Of a DNA stretch of 64,000 nucleotides, positions 46,088 through 54,897 are shown piece after piece. Origin of the DNA: an uncultured Pelagibacteraceae bacterium (GTDB lineage Bacteria > Pseudomonadota > Alphaproteobacteria > Pelagibacterales > Pelagibacteraceae). The DNA lies in the NCBI GenBank assembly GCA_902538255.1, contig CACBEJ010000002.1, positions 45,381-109,380 on the forward strand. The letters are read 5' to 3'. How positions within the stretch are numbered: the first letter of the stretch is position 1; each line of letters begins with the position of its first letter. The notes below the pieces were generated by a model. It had not been told where the DNA came from. It saw only the letters and a program-made list of their open reading frames with translations, and made no database searches. The translations under genes were made by a program, and so were the position numbers.

Positions 46088-47329
46088 ATGAATAAAGATC
46101 TTAAAGTGGGAATAGTTGGAGCAGGAATTCAAGGTGTATCTAATGCTTTATTTCTTCAAAAAAAAGGTTTTAATGTAACCATTTTTGACAGAGACAATCC
46201 AGGTAGCCAAGCTGCCTCTTATGGTAATGCTGGTCATTTTTCTCCCTATGCGTCTCTTTCTTTAAATAGAACTGATGTTCTCGCAGATGTTCCTGCAATG
46301 CTTCTAAGTTCCTCAGGTCCACTTGCATTAAAGTGGAACTATGTTCCAAAAATGATCCCATGGTTTATAAAATTCATAATGAATACAACCAAATCTAAGA
46401 TGATGCACACTGCTAAAAACATGCACCAAATTTTAAATTTAGCTTTGCCTGCATACGATGAATTATTTGAGGAAATAGATTTAGAGGGTTTAGTAGAAAA
46501 TAAAGGAATTCTTTATATATGGAATGACAAAGATTTAAAAAGTAGAGAATTAGAAATTAGAGTTCGAGATGAATTGGGAGTTGAGCAACAACTAGTTAAC
46601 AAAGCAGAAATACATGATCTTGAACCTCATATTAAACCATTTTACCATGCAGGCGTATATTATCCTTATGCAAGACATGCGAGAAACCCAAAAAGAATTC
46701 TTATAAAATTATTTGACTTATTTTTACAAAAGGGTGGAAAATTTAACAAAGTAAATATTAAGGATATTAGCTTTGATGAAGAAAAACCAGTTTTTAAAAC
46801 AGAGACTCAAAGTTACGTTTTTGATAAAGCAGTAATAGCATGTGGTGCTTTTTCAAAAAAATTAACAGATAATCTTGGTGAAAAAATACCTTTAGATACT
46901 GAACGTGGATATCATGTCCATTTCAAAAATTGTGATCATTTATTAAGTAGACCGGTAATATTTTCTAATCGTGGATTTGGAATAACACCGATGGAACAGG
47001 GATTAAGAGTTGTTGGAACTGTTGAATTCGGTGGATTAGATAATCCATTATCTAAATCAAGAATAAAGAATTTGATAAATAATGCAAAATATATGCTTGG
47101 AGATTTGCCTGAACATGAGGATGAGTGGCTAGGATTTAGACCGACTTTACCAGATTTTTTACCTGTTATGGGGCCATCAAAAAATCACAAAAATATTTTT
47201 TATTGTTTTGGACATCATCATTTAGGATGGACTTTAGGGCCGATTTCTGGAAAGATTGTTTCAGGAATGATAGCGAACGAAAATACAAATTTAGATTTAA
47301 AACCTTATAGCTCGCTTAGATTTAGTTAA
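46088..47329 (+). CDS. FAD-dependent D-amino acid dehydrogenase/oxidase (DadA family)
   Basis: GAGIQG, ASYGNAG, ERGYH, WLGFRPTLPD.LP, FGHHHLGWTLGP; ATG 46088 preferred to TTG 46073. Confidence 0.88.
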   Translation: MNKDLKVGIVGAGIQGVSNALFLQKKGFNVTIFDRDNPGSQAASYGNAGHFSPYASLSLNRTDVLADVPAMLLSSSGPLALKWNYVPKMIPWFIKFIMNTTKSKMMHTAKNMHQILNLALPAYDELFEEIDLEGLVENKGILYIWNDKDLKSRELEIRVRDELGVEQQLVNKAEIHDLEPHIKPFYHAGVYYPYARHARNPKRILIKLFDLFLQKGGKFNKVNIKDISFDEEKPVFKTETQSYVFDKAVIACGAFSKKLTDNLGEKIPLDTERGYHVHFKNCDHLLSRPVIFSNRGFGITPMEQGLRVVGTVEFGGLDNPLSKSRIKNLINNAKYMLGDLPEHEDEWLGFRPTLPDFLPVMGPSKNHKNIFYCFGHHHLGWTLGPISGKIVSGMIANENTNLDLKPYSSLRFS

Positions 47330-48232
47330 GTGACAAAAGATAATAATTATTTAGCTTACTTATATCTATTTTTAACTGTATCTTTTTGGGCAGGAAACTT
47401 TGTAGTAGGTAAACTTGCAAGTTTTTATGAGGTACCACCTTTTTCATTAAACTTTTATCGATGGTTTTTCGCTTGGTTAATTTTAGCTCCTTTTACAATT
47501 CCTGAAATATTAGAAAAAAGAGATTACATTATAAAAAACTATAAGCTTTTCATTATATTAGGAGTTACAAGTATAACAGTATTTAATTCCATTGTTTACT
47601 ATTCTTTAAATTTTACACAAGTTATTAGTGGAGTATTAATGATTTCAACTATACCTGTGATGATTATGTTATTTTCATCAATTTTAAAAATTGAAAAGAC
47701 AAATATTTTTCAAATTATAGGAGTAATTTTTTCTTTTGCTGGAGTCATTATGATTATAACCAAGGCAAATTTAGAAATATTAAAAAGTTTAGATTTTAAT
47801 AAAGGTGATATAACTATGGTAATAGCAATGTTTTCTTGGGCATTATATTCCACATTATTAAAAGGTAAAAAATATGAGTTAACTCAAATCTCATTACTTC
47901 AAGTGGTAATAACTTTTGGTTTAATATTTTTAATACCAGTTTATTTTATAGAATATCAAGTTGGTTTTAGAATTAATTTAGAATTACCTTTTATTTTAAT
48001 TTTATCCTATGTAGTTTTGTTTCCGGGTTTAGCATCTTTTCTGTTATGGATAAAAGGAATTTCTATGATTGGTGCAAATCGATCTGGAGTTTTTTTACAT
48101 TTAATGCCGATTTTAAGTGCAATAATGGCTATGATTTTTTTTAGTGAAAAATTTATGTTTTATCATATTTTAGGCGCTTGTTTTATTATCACAGGAATAC
48201 TTCTATCAAATAAGAAAGTTAAAAATGCTTAA
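47330..48232 (+). CDS. DMT/EamA family transporter
   Basis: About ten TM segments with duplicated EamA repeat (FWAGNFVVGK; GANRSGVFLHLMP). Confidence 0.9.
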   Translation: MTKDNNYLAYLYLFLTVSFWAGNFVVGKLASFYEVPPFSLNFYRWFFAWLILAPFTIPEILEKRDYIIKNYKLFIILGVTSITVFNSIVYYSLNFTQVISGVLMISTIPVMIMLFSSILKIEKTNIFQIIGVIFSFAGVIMIITKANLEILKSLDFNKGDITMVIAMFSWALYSTLLKGKKYELTQISLLQVVITFGLIFLIPVYFIEYQVGFRINLELPFILILSYVVLFPGLASFLLWIKGISMIGANRSGVFLHLMPILSAIMAMIFFSEKFMFYHILGACFIITGILLSNKKVKNA

Positions 48233-49175
48233 AGTTGCTATATTAGACGATTATCAAAATGTTGCTCAACAATTTGTAGATTTGGAAAGATTATCTGGAA
48301 AATATGAATTTAAAATTTTTAGTGAGCCTTTTTTAGATGAAGCTGACACTATTGAAAAATTATCAGATTTTGAAGCTTTATTAATAATGAGAGAAAGAAC
48401 TCCTATTACAAAAAATTTAATTGACAATTTAAATGACTTAAAATTTATAATTACAAGTGGATTAAGAAACAAATCCATTGATCTAGAGGCTGCAAAAAAA
48501 AGAAAAGTGATAGTATGTGGAACAGATATAAATTTAAATCCTACACCTGAATTAACTTGGGCTTTAATTCTTGGTTTAGCAAGGAATTTCAAAGAAGAGT
48601 TTGACAACATGTATCAGGGATATTGGCAAACGACTATTGGTGTAGAGTTAAAAGGAAAAATTTTAGGTTTAATTGGTCTAGGTAGGGTGGGTACAGAGGT
48701 TGCTAAAATTGGAAAAGCTTTTGGAATGCAAGTGATGGCATGGAGCGAAAATTTAAGCCTAGATAAATGTAAAGAACTAGATGTACTTCCTTGTTCTAAA
48801 GAGGATTTAATTACAAATTCTGATGTGCTCTCAATTCACGTTCAAGGAGGCCAAAGATATAAAGATTGTATTACTATAAAAGAATTAGATAAAATGAAAA
48901 AAACTGCTTTTCTAATAAATACTGCCAGAGGACCAATTGTTAATGAAGATGATTTAATAATTGCTTTATCTACTAATGTGATTGCAGGAGCTGGAATTGA
49001 TGTCTATGATAAAGAACCTTTACCTGAAAATAATAAACTAAGATTTTTACCTAATGCACTTCTTACTCCACACATAGGTTATGTAACAGCAGAAAATTAT
49101 AATATTTTTTATAATCAAATGATTGAAGGATTAGAGGCATGTGTAAATGGTAAACCAATTCGATTGCTTGAATAA
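48225..49175 (+). CDS. D-isomer specific 2-hydroxyacid dehydrogenase
   Basis: VAILDDYQ, MRERTP, GLIGLGRVG, INTARGPIV, TPHIGY. Confidence 0.92.
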   Translation: MLKVAILDDYQNVAQQFVDLERLSGKYEFKIFSEPFLDEADTIEKLSDFEALLIMRERTPITKNLIDNLNDLKFIITSGLRNKSIDLEAAKKRKVIVCGTDINLNPTPELTWALILGLARNFKEEFDNMYQGYWQTTIGVELKGKILGLIGLGRVGTEVAKIGKAFGMQVMAWSENLSLDKCKELDVLPCSKEDLITNSDVLSIHVQGGQRYKDCITIKELDKMKKTAFLINTARGPIVNEDDLIIALSTNVIAGAGIDVYDKEPLPENNKLRFLPNALLTPHIGYVTAENYNIFYNQMIEGLEACVNGKPIRLLE

Positions 49176-49865
49176 ATGTTTGAAATTTTACAAATTTATT
49201 ATTATTTATTTTATAGGACAAAAATATTTTACCCAAAAAAAAGTTATTCACTTTTTGGAGAAGATACCTTTATTATCAATTATTTTAAAAATAAATCGAG
49301 AGGATTTTATATCGATGTTGGTTGTTATCATCCTCTCGAAGGCAGTAATACTCATCTTTTATATAAAAAAGGCTGGAGAGGTATTAATTTTGATATAAGT
49401 GATTTTTCAATTAAACTTTTCAAATTTTTACGTAAAAGAGATATTAGTATCAGGTCTGGTATTTCAAATTATTCAGGCAAAAAACAATACTATTTTAGAA
49501 AAAAAATAAATATGTTAAATACTTTAAATGAAAATATTGGAAAAATTCATTTCAAAAATGGATACAATACTGATGTAGTTAATATAAATACTCTAGATTT
49601 TTTTTTGGAAAAATTTTTTAAAAAAAACATAGAAATAGATTTATTAAAAATTGATGTGGAGGGTGAAGAATTAAATGTACTTAAGTCAATTGATTTAAAA
49701 CATTTCAAACCTCAACTCATTTCAATAGAAATTCACAATAAAGAAAATATGTTTGATGACAGTTACGAATATTATAAAAATGACGAAATTTATATTTTTT
49801 TACAAAAATTGAATTACGATTTAATTTGGAAAAATCAATATTCTTTTATTTTTGATAGAAAATAA
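49176..49865 (+). CDS. FkbM family SAM-dependent methyltransferase
   Basis: YSLFGED, FYIDVGCYHP...SNT, IDLLKIDVEGEELNVL. Confidence 0.88.
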   Translation: MFEILQIYYYLFYRTKIFYPKKSYSLFGEDTFIINYFKNKSRGFYIDVGCYHPLEGSNTHLLYKKGWRGINFDISDFSIKLFKFLRKRDISIRSGISNYSGKKQYYFRKKINMLNTLNENIGKIHFKNGYNTDVVNINTLDFFLEKFFKKNIEIDLLKIDVEGEELNVLKSIDLKHFKPQLISIEIHNKENMFDDSYEYYKNDEIYIFLQKLNYDLIWKNQYSFIFDRK

Positions 49866-50765
49866 ATGTTATTACCTGTTGTAAATCATAAAGATTATTT
49901 TGCCAAAATTGGTGATGATCATAAATTTCCTATAAATAAGTTTAGCGAGTTAGCCAATTATTTAACAAAAAATAAAATAGTTAATAAGTTCTATAAACCG
50001 TATCCTTGTTCGCTTGAAACATTAAGTTACGCACATTCAAAAAATTATATTTTAGATATTAAAAATAAAACATTAAGTAAAGAGGGGGTAAAAAAAATTG
50101 GATTTCCACTTGTTGATAGTGTTGTTCAAAGATCCTTAGTTGCTACTGGCGGTACAGTTTTATCATCCAAACTTGCAATAAATTACGGAATATCCTGTAA
50201 TACTGCAGGAGGCAGTCATCACGCAAACTATTATGGTGGAGCTGGGTACTGTGTATTTAATGATGTAGCAGTTGCAGCACATTATCTATTAAATCGTGGT
50301 CTGGCGAATAAAATATTAATTGTTGATTTAGATGTCCATCAAGGGAATGGAAATTCAGAAATTTTTAAAAATAATAGAAGCGTTTTTACATTCAGCATGC
50401 ACTCAAAAACTAATTACCCAGCTAAAAAATCCACTAGTGATTTAGATGTAGAATTGGATGATAATTTAGAGGATAATGCTTACATCAATACACTTAAACA
50501 TTATTTAAATGAGCTAAATCAAGAAAATTTCGATTTTGTTTTTTATATAGCTGGAGTGGATATTCATTTTAACGATAGATTAGGTAAATTAAAAATCTCT
50601 GATGAAGGGATTAGATTAAGAGATGAATTAGTTGTAGAAAATTTTTTTTCACAAAGAATACCTTTTTGTGGTGTTTTAGGTGGTGGTTATAATAAAGACT
50701 TCAATAAATTAGTTGAATTACATTCAATCTTACACAAATCTTGTGCTAAATATATAGGATCATGA
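49866..50765 (+). CDS. Histone deacetylase family protein (class IV-like)
   Basis: HKFP..K, GGSHHA, GYCVFND, DLDVHQGNG, AGVD, LGGGY. Confidence 0.93.
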   Translation: MLLPVVNHKDYFAKIGDDHKFPINKFSELANYLTKNKIVNKFYKPYPCSLETLSYAHSKNYILDIKNKTLSKEGVKKIGFPLVDSVVQRSLVATGGTVLSSKLAINYGISCNTAGGSHHANYYGGAGYCVFNDVAVAAHYLLNRGLANKILIVDLDVHQGNGNSEIFKNNRSVFTFSMHSKTNYPAKKSTSDLDVELDDNLEDNAYINTLKHYLNELNQENFDFVFYIAGVDIHFNDRLGKLKISDEGIRLRDELVVENFFSQRIPFCGVLGGGYNKDFNKLVELHSILHKSCAKYIGS

Positions 50766-51136
50766 CAAAAAAAATAAATCCAAACTTAACTGCAGAACAG
50801 AAATTAATCTTGTTTGAAGAAGGAACTGAGCGTGCGGGTTCAAGTGAACTTAATCATGAAAAGAGAGAAGGAAGTTTTCATTGTGCGAATTGTGGGGAAA
50901 AATTATTTAACTCAAAAACAAAATATGAGAGCGGATCAGGCTGGCCTTCATTTTATGAGTCTTTACCAGATGTATTTGAAACTAAAACAGATCATCATAT
51001 AGGTTATGCAAGAACCGAGTACCATTGTAAAAAATGTGGAGGACATCATGGTCATATATTTGATGATGGACCCGAACCTACAGGAAAAAGATATTGTAAT
51101 AACGGCGTTTGTTTAGTTTTCAAACCAAAAGAGTAG
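50762..51136 (+). CDS. msrB: Peptide-methionine (R)-sulfoxide reductase
   Basis: GTERA, CANC, SGSGWPSF, CKKCGGHHGHIFDDGP..TGKRYC. Confidence 0.97.
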   Translation: MTKKINPNLTAEQKLILFEEGTERAGSSELNHEKREGSFHCANCGEKLFNSKTKYESGSGWPSFYESLPDVFETKTDHHIGYARTEYHCKKCGGHHGHIFDDGPEPTGKRYCNNGVCLVFKPKE

Positions 51137-51146
51137 TCTGTCTAAA

Positions 51147-51404
51147 TTAATTTTTTAAAAGATCTTGAAGTTTATTTTCTTTTTCTAGTGCTCTAACTTC
51201 ATCATAACCTCCAATGTGCTGATCATCAAAAAAGATTTGTGGAATTGTTCTTTTACCATTTGCTTTTTTAATCATCTCATCAGCAGCACCTGCAACTTTT
51301 GAAATATCAATTTCATTATAAGAAGCATTATTTCTAGCTAATAATCTTTTTGCTGCCTCACAATAATTGCAAAATGGACCTGTATACATGGTGATTTTTT
51401 TCAT
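51147..51404 (-). CDS. grxC: Glutaredoxin 3
   Basis: CNYC active site, RTIPQIF, HIGGYD. Confidence 0.95.
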   Translation of the reverse strand: MKKITMYTGPFCNYCEAAKRLLARNNASYNEIDISKVAGAADEMIKKANGKRTIPQIFFDDQHIGGYDEVRALEKENKLQDLLKN

Positions 51405-51407
51405 AGT

Positions 51408-51704
51408 CTATAAATAATCACCTTTTTTAATTTTACTAGTTATTTCTTTTCTAGAGTATTCAAATTTTTTTCGATGTTTTATGCTTTTTTGATTTACTCT
51501 TTTTCTCCACAATCTGAAAGATGACGGTTTTAGAGACCTTCTCATAATTTTAATTACATCAGATTCTTTCTTCCCAGTTTTTTTTTCAATTTCCTCAAAA
51601 GTTATCCTATCTGCCCAAGCTGCCCAAATGATCCAATCAGGATCGTCCATTTTGGGTTCTGGATTTTTGACTTTAGTAATTGGCCTGTGACCTTTTTTTT
51701 TCAT
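51408..51704 (-). CDS. TIGR03643/DUF2805 family protein
   Basis: IIWAAWADRITFEEI....G..E..VIKIMRR.LKPSSFRLWRKRV matches the family pattern as recalled; start uncertain. Confidence 0.8.
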   Translation of the reverse strand: MKKKGHRPITKVKNPEPKMDDPDWIIWAAWADRITFEEIEKKTGKKESDVIKIMRRSLKPSSFRLWRKRVNQKSIKHRKKFEYSRKEITSKIKKGDYL

Positions 51705-51766
51705 AAATCCTTTATATTTGAAAAAAATATTTAATGCATTTTTTTTAGCTTCTGATATTATCTATT

Positions 51767-51821
51767 AGATAGTCCTTCTTAGCCATCTTTAGCTCCCGGT
51801 TTTTAAGGACTATCTTTTTTT
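51767..51821 (+). ncRNA. Structured RNA hairpin upstream of lysE/rhtB (candidate Pelagibacter rhtB motif), followed by a U-tract
   Basis: AGATAGTCCTT (51767-51777) pairs with AAGGACTATCT (51805-51815) around a 27-nt loop; T-run directly before ATG 51822; identity with the published rhtB motif is not verified. Confidence 0.6.
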
Positions 51822-52436
51822 ATGCTCCCCCTAGATTTTATACTTTATCTACAGATAATTATTTTTTTATTTATTACACCTGGAACTCCCAGGATTGTAA
51901 TTATCTCTTATTCAATGAATTATGGTGTTGGAAAATGTGTATGGTCAGCTTTAGGAGACGTAACTGCAAATTTGATTCAGGCAACTTTAGTTATTTTTGT
52001 CATTGGATCTTTTTTTTCAGAAAACTCAATGGCACTTAATGCGTTTAAATGGATCGGAATAATTTATTTAGTATATTTAGCTTATGATATTTATAAATCT
52101 CGACTAAAGAGTATTTCAAATGAAGGAGAAATAAAAAAAAGCAACTTATCTTTTTTTAGAGATGGTTTTTTAGTTGCTGGTACAAGTCCTAAGGCTTGGA
52201 TGTTTTTTCCTTTTATTTTTCCACAATTTATTGACTTTAATTCTAATTTATTGGTTCAATTTGTAATTTTAATTACTACTTACATCGTTTTAGATTTTTT
52301 ATCTTTAATTGGCTACGCAATGCTCGCACAAAAACTAATAAAGTGGATAACTGCTAATCCAAAAACAATTAATACAATTTCTGCGAGTGTTTTAGTAATT
52401 ATTGCCGTAATAATTGTTGTAACTCAACAATATTAA
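51822..52436 (+). CDS. LysE/RhtB family amino acid exporter
   Basis: ITPGTP, KWIGIIYLVYL, GFLVAGTSPKAW; about six TM segments. Confidence 0.9.
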   Translation: MLPLDFILYLQIIIFLFITPGTPRIVIISYSMNYGVGKCVWSALGDVTANLIQATLVIFVIGSFFSENSMALNAFKWIGIIYLVYLAYDIYKSRLKSISNEGEIKKSNLSFFRDGFLVAGTSPKAWMFFPFIFPQFIDFNSNLLVQFVILITTYIVLDFLSLIGYAMLAQKLIKWITANPKTINTISASVLVIIAVIIVVTQQY

Positions 52437-52522
52437 TTAGATTTGGCCTTTATTGCCACTTGCATAAAATAAAATTTCTTTATTTAATCATAGCATAATT
52501 AATTAATTAAAGAGGAAATAAA

Positions 52523-53761
52523 ATGAGATTAAATAAAATAATTTTAAGTTTTGTTTCTGCATTAGTAATTTTATTTTCAACTTCTGTTGCATCTTTTGCA
52601 AAGGTAGTTGGTGACAAAATTATTTTAGGTGCTGCGATTTCCTTAACTGGTAAATACTCATCTAATGGTGTTCATACTCAAAATGGTTATAACATGGCCG
52701 TTGATAGAATTAACAGCATGGGTGGTGTTAAAGTTGGTGGAAAGACTTATAAGTTTGACATTATTTATTACGATGATGAATCAAACCCTAAGAGAGCTGC
52801 ACAACTTGCAGAAAGATTAATATCACAAGATGGTGTTGAGTTTATGCTTGGCCCTTACAGTTCTGGTTTAACTAAAGCGATTGCTCCAGTGACAGAAAAA
52901 TATGGTGTTCCAATGGTTGAAGCAAATGGTGCATCTAGATCTTTGTTTACAAAAGGTTACAAATATCTATTTGCTGTATTAGCTCCAGCTAATTTATACC
53001 TTGATGTTGCTATTGATTTAGCAGTTGAAAAGAATAATGGAAAACCAGTGACTGTAGCAATGGCATTTGAACAAGATGCATTTTCTCAAGATGTTAGATT
53101 GGGAGTTTTAGATGCAATTAAAAGAACTGGCTCAAAAAAAGTAATTGATGATAAATTACCAAAAGAGTTAAATGATATGGCTGCAACATTAGTTAAAGTT
53201 AAACAAATGAAGCCAGACGTTCTTGTTGTATCAGGTCATACAAAAGGTGCACTAACTGCAATTAGACAAATTGCTGAAATGAAGGTAGATGTTCCCATGT
53301 TAGCTATGACTCACTGTGATGCTGCTAAGCTATCAAAACAGCATGGCAAAAATTCACAGTACGCATTATGCGCTTCTCAATGGCACAAAACATTAACATA
53401 TAAAGATAATTTCTTTAAAGATGGAATGACTTATGCAGCTGACTTTGAGAAAGAGTTTGGGTATGATCCACCTTATCAATCTGCAGAATCATCTGCTGCG
53501 TTGTTAGTATTTAAAGATGCTTTTGAGAGAGCAAATTCGTTTGATCAAAAGAAAGTAAGAGACGCTCTTGCAGCTACTAACATGCAAACATTCTATGGAA
53601 ATATTAAATTTGCACCAGGTGGTCAAAATGTTGATAAACCCATGGTACTTTTCCAAGTAATGTGTGATGACTCAGGAAAATGTGAAAACAAAGTTGTTGC
53701 TCCAACTAAATGGGCATCAGCTAAGTTAATACATCCTGTTCCTAAGTGGTCAGAAAGATAA
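52523..53761 (+). CDS. Amino acid ABC transporter substrate-binding protein (LivJ/LivK-like)
   Basis: Signal peptide, AISLTG, YYDDES.P, LGPYSSGLT, VRDALAA...TFYGNIKF; SD GAGG. Confidence 0.92.
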   Translation: MRLNKIILSFVSALVILFSTSVASFAKVVGDKIILGAAISLTGKYSSNGVHTQNGYNMAVDRINSMGGVKVGGKTYKFDIIYYDDESNPKRAAQLAERLISQDGVEFMLGPYSSGLTKAIAPVTEKYGVPMVEANGASRSLFTKGYKYLFAVLAPANLYLDVAIDLAVEKNNGKPVTVAMAFEQDAFSQDVRLGVLDAIKRTGSKKVIDDKLPKELNDMAATLVKVKQMKPDVLVVSGHTKGALTAIRQIAEMKVDVPMLAMTHCDAAKLSKQHGKNSQYALCASQWHKTLTYKDNFFKDGMTYAADFEKEFGYDPPYQSAESSAALLVFKDAFERANSFDQKKVRDALAATNMQTFYGNIKFAPGGQNVDKPMVLFQVMCDDSGKCENKVVAPTKWASAKLIHPVPKWSER

Positions 53762-53774
53762 AATAAAAAATATT

Positions 53775-53805
53775 AAAGCCCCCTAGTATTAGGGGGCTTT
53801 TTTTT
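53775..53805 (+). terminator. Rho-independent terminator after the SBP gene
   Basis: AAAGCCCCCTA-GTAT-TAGGGGGCTTT followed by a T-run. Confidence 0.85.
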
Positions 53806-53824
53806 ATATAACCCAAATATTTTT

Positions 53825-54718
53825 ATGGATTTCATGGTTTTCCAATATCCGATGATAACAGTCCAAGCTTGCTTGGATGGAATCCTTCTTGGAATTTTAT
53901 TTGCATTGATCGCTTACGGGATGGCTCTTCAATGGGGAGTAATGAATATCATTAATATTGCACAAGGAGATCTTGTTATTCTGGGAGGATATATTGCATA
54001 TTTTATGTATCTTTATGGAATTCACCCAGCATGGGGTGTGATTGTTGCACCAGTTATAATGTATTTCCTTGGTGTTATAATTTACAAATTAGTTATTAAT
54101 AAAGTAGTAGATAGAGACTTATTTATCTCTATATTAGCAACTTTTGGAATTAGCATTCTATTCATGCAATTAATGAATTTTGCATTTGGTGCAGACGTTG
54201 TCCTTGCAAACTCAGATTATGGAACAACCATGTTGTTTAACAATAATGTTGTATTGCCAAACTCAAAATTGTTTTCAGCTTTTATAAGTATTTTATTCGC
54301 AATATGTTTAGTAATTTATATGAAAAAATCTAAGCTTGGACGTGCAATTAGAGCTACTGCGCAAAATGCCAGAGCCGCAAAGATTTTAGGCGTTGACACA
54401 GAAAAAGTTTATGCCGCTACATTTGGAATTAATGCCGCTCTTTGTGGTGTTGCTGGAGCTTTAATTTCTATAACATTTACAATTCACCCGTACATGGGAT
54501 TACCATACACAATTCGATCATTTATGATCGTTATTGTTGCAGGCTTAGGAAATTTACCAGGAGTTGCAATGTCTGGTATGGGTCTTGGTGTATTTGAAGA
54601 ATTTGCAGATTATATTCTAGGAACAGAATTTAGAATTGGTTCTGTATTTTTACTATTGGTATTAATTTTAGTTTACAGAAGATTTAAACTTTCTAGAAAA
54701 AGAGAGTACCTAAAGTGA
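53825..54718 (+). CDS. Branched-chain amino acid-type ABC permease (LivH-like)
   Basis: WGVMNIINIAQG, LGRAIRATAQN, AGLGNLPG. Confidence 0.92.
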   Translation: MDFMVFQYPMITVQACLDGILLGILFALIAYGMALQWGVMNIINIAQGDLVILGGYIAYFMYLYGIHPAWGVIVAPVIMYFLGVIIYKLVINKVVDRDLFISILATFGISILFMQLMNFAFGADVVLANSDYGTTMLFNNNVVLPNSKLFSAFISILFAICLVIYMKKSKLGRAIRATAQNARAAKILGVDTEKVYAATFGINAALCGVAGALISITFTIHPYMGLPYTIRSFMIVIVAGLGNLPGVAMSGMGLGVFEEFADYILGTEFRIGSVFLLLVLILVYRRFKLSRKREYLK

Positions 54719-54897
54719 AAAAAGTTGAAATTACAGATGATAATGGAAAAATAATTAAAGTTGATATCGAAAAATTTAAAAAACATATAGATGAATATCA
54801 TTTAAATGGATCAAGTGTGCATGAAGAAAAAGGACATTACTTTACAGTTGACCAAAAATTTAGAGATAAAATAAACAGCTTATATGAGCAAGAATAA
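54715..54897 (+). CDS. Small hypothetical protein (60 aa, His-rich)
   Basis: GTGA-coupled to the LivH-like stop and overlapping the next gene by 14 nt; fills the whole gap. Confidence 0.7.
   Translation: MKKVEITDDNGKIIKVDIEKFKKHIDEYHLNGSSVHEEKGHYFTVDQKFRDKINSLYEQE

Noticed and set aside
52444-52464. TGGC...TTGC resembling a sigma54 promoter before the LivJ-like gene
   Set aside because: GG-to-GC spacing is 8 nt rather than the required 10.
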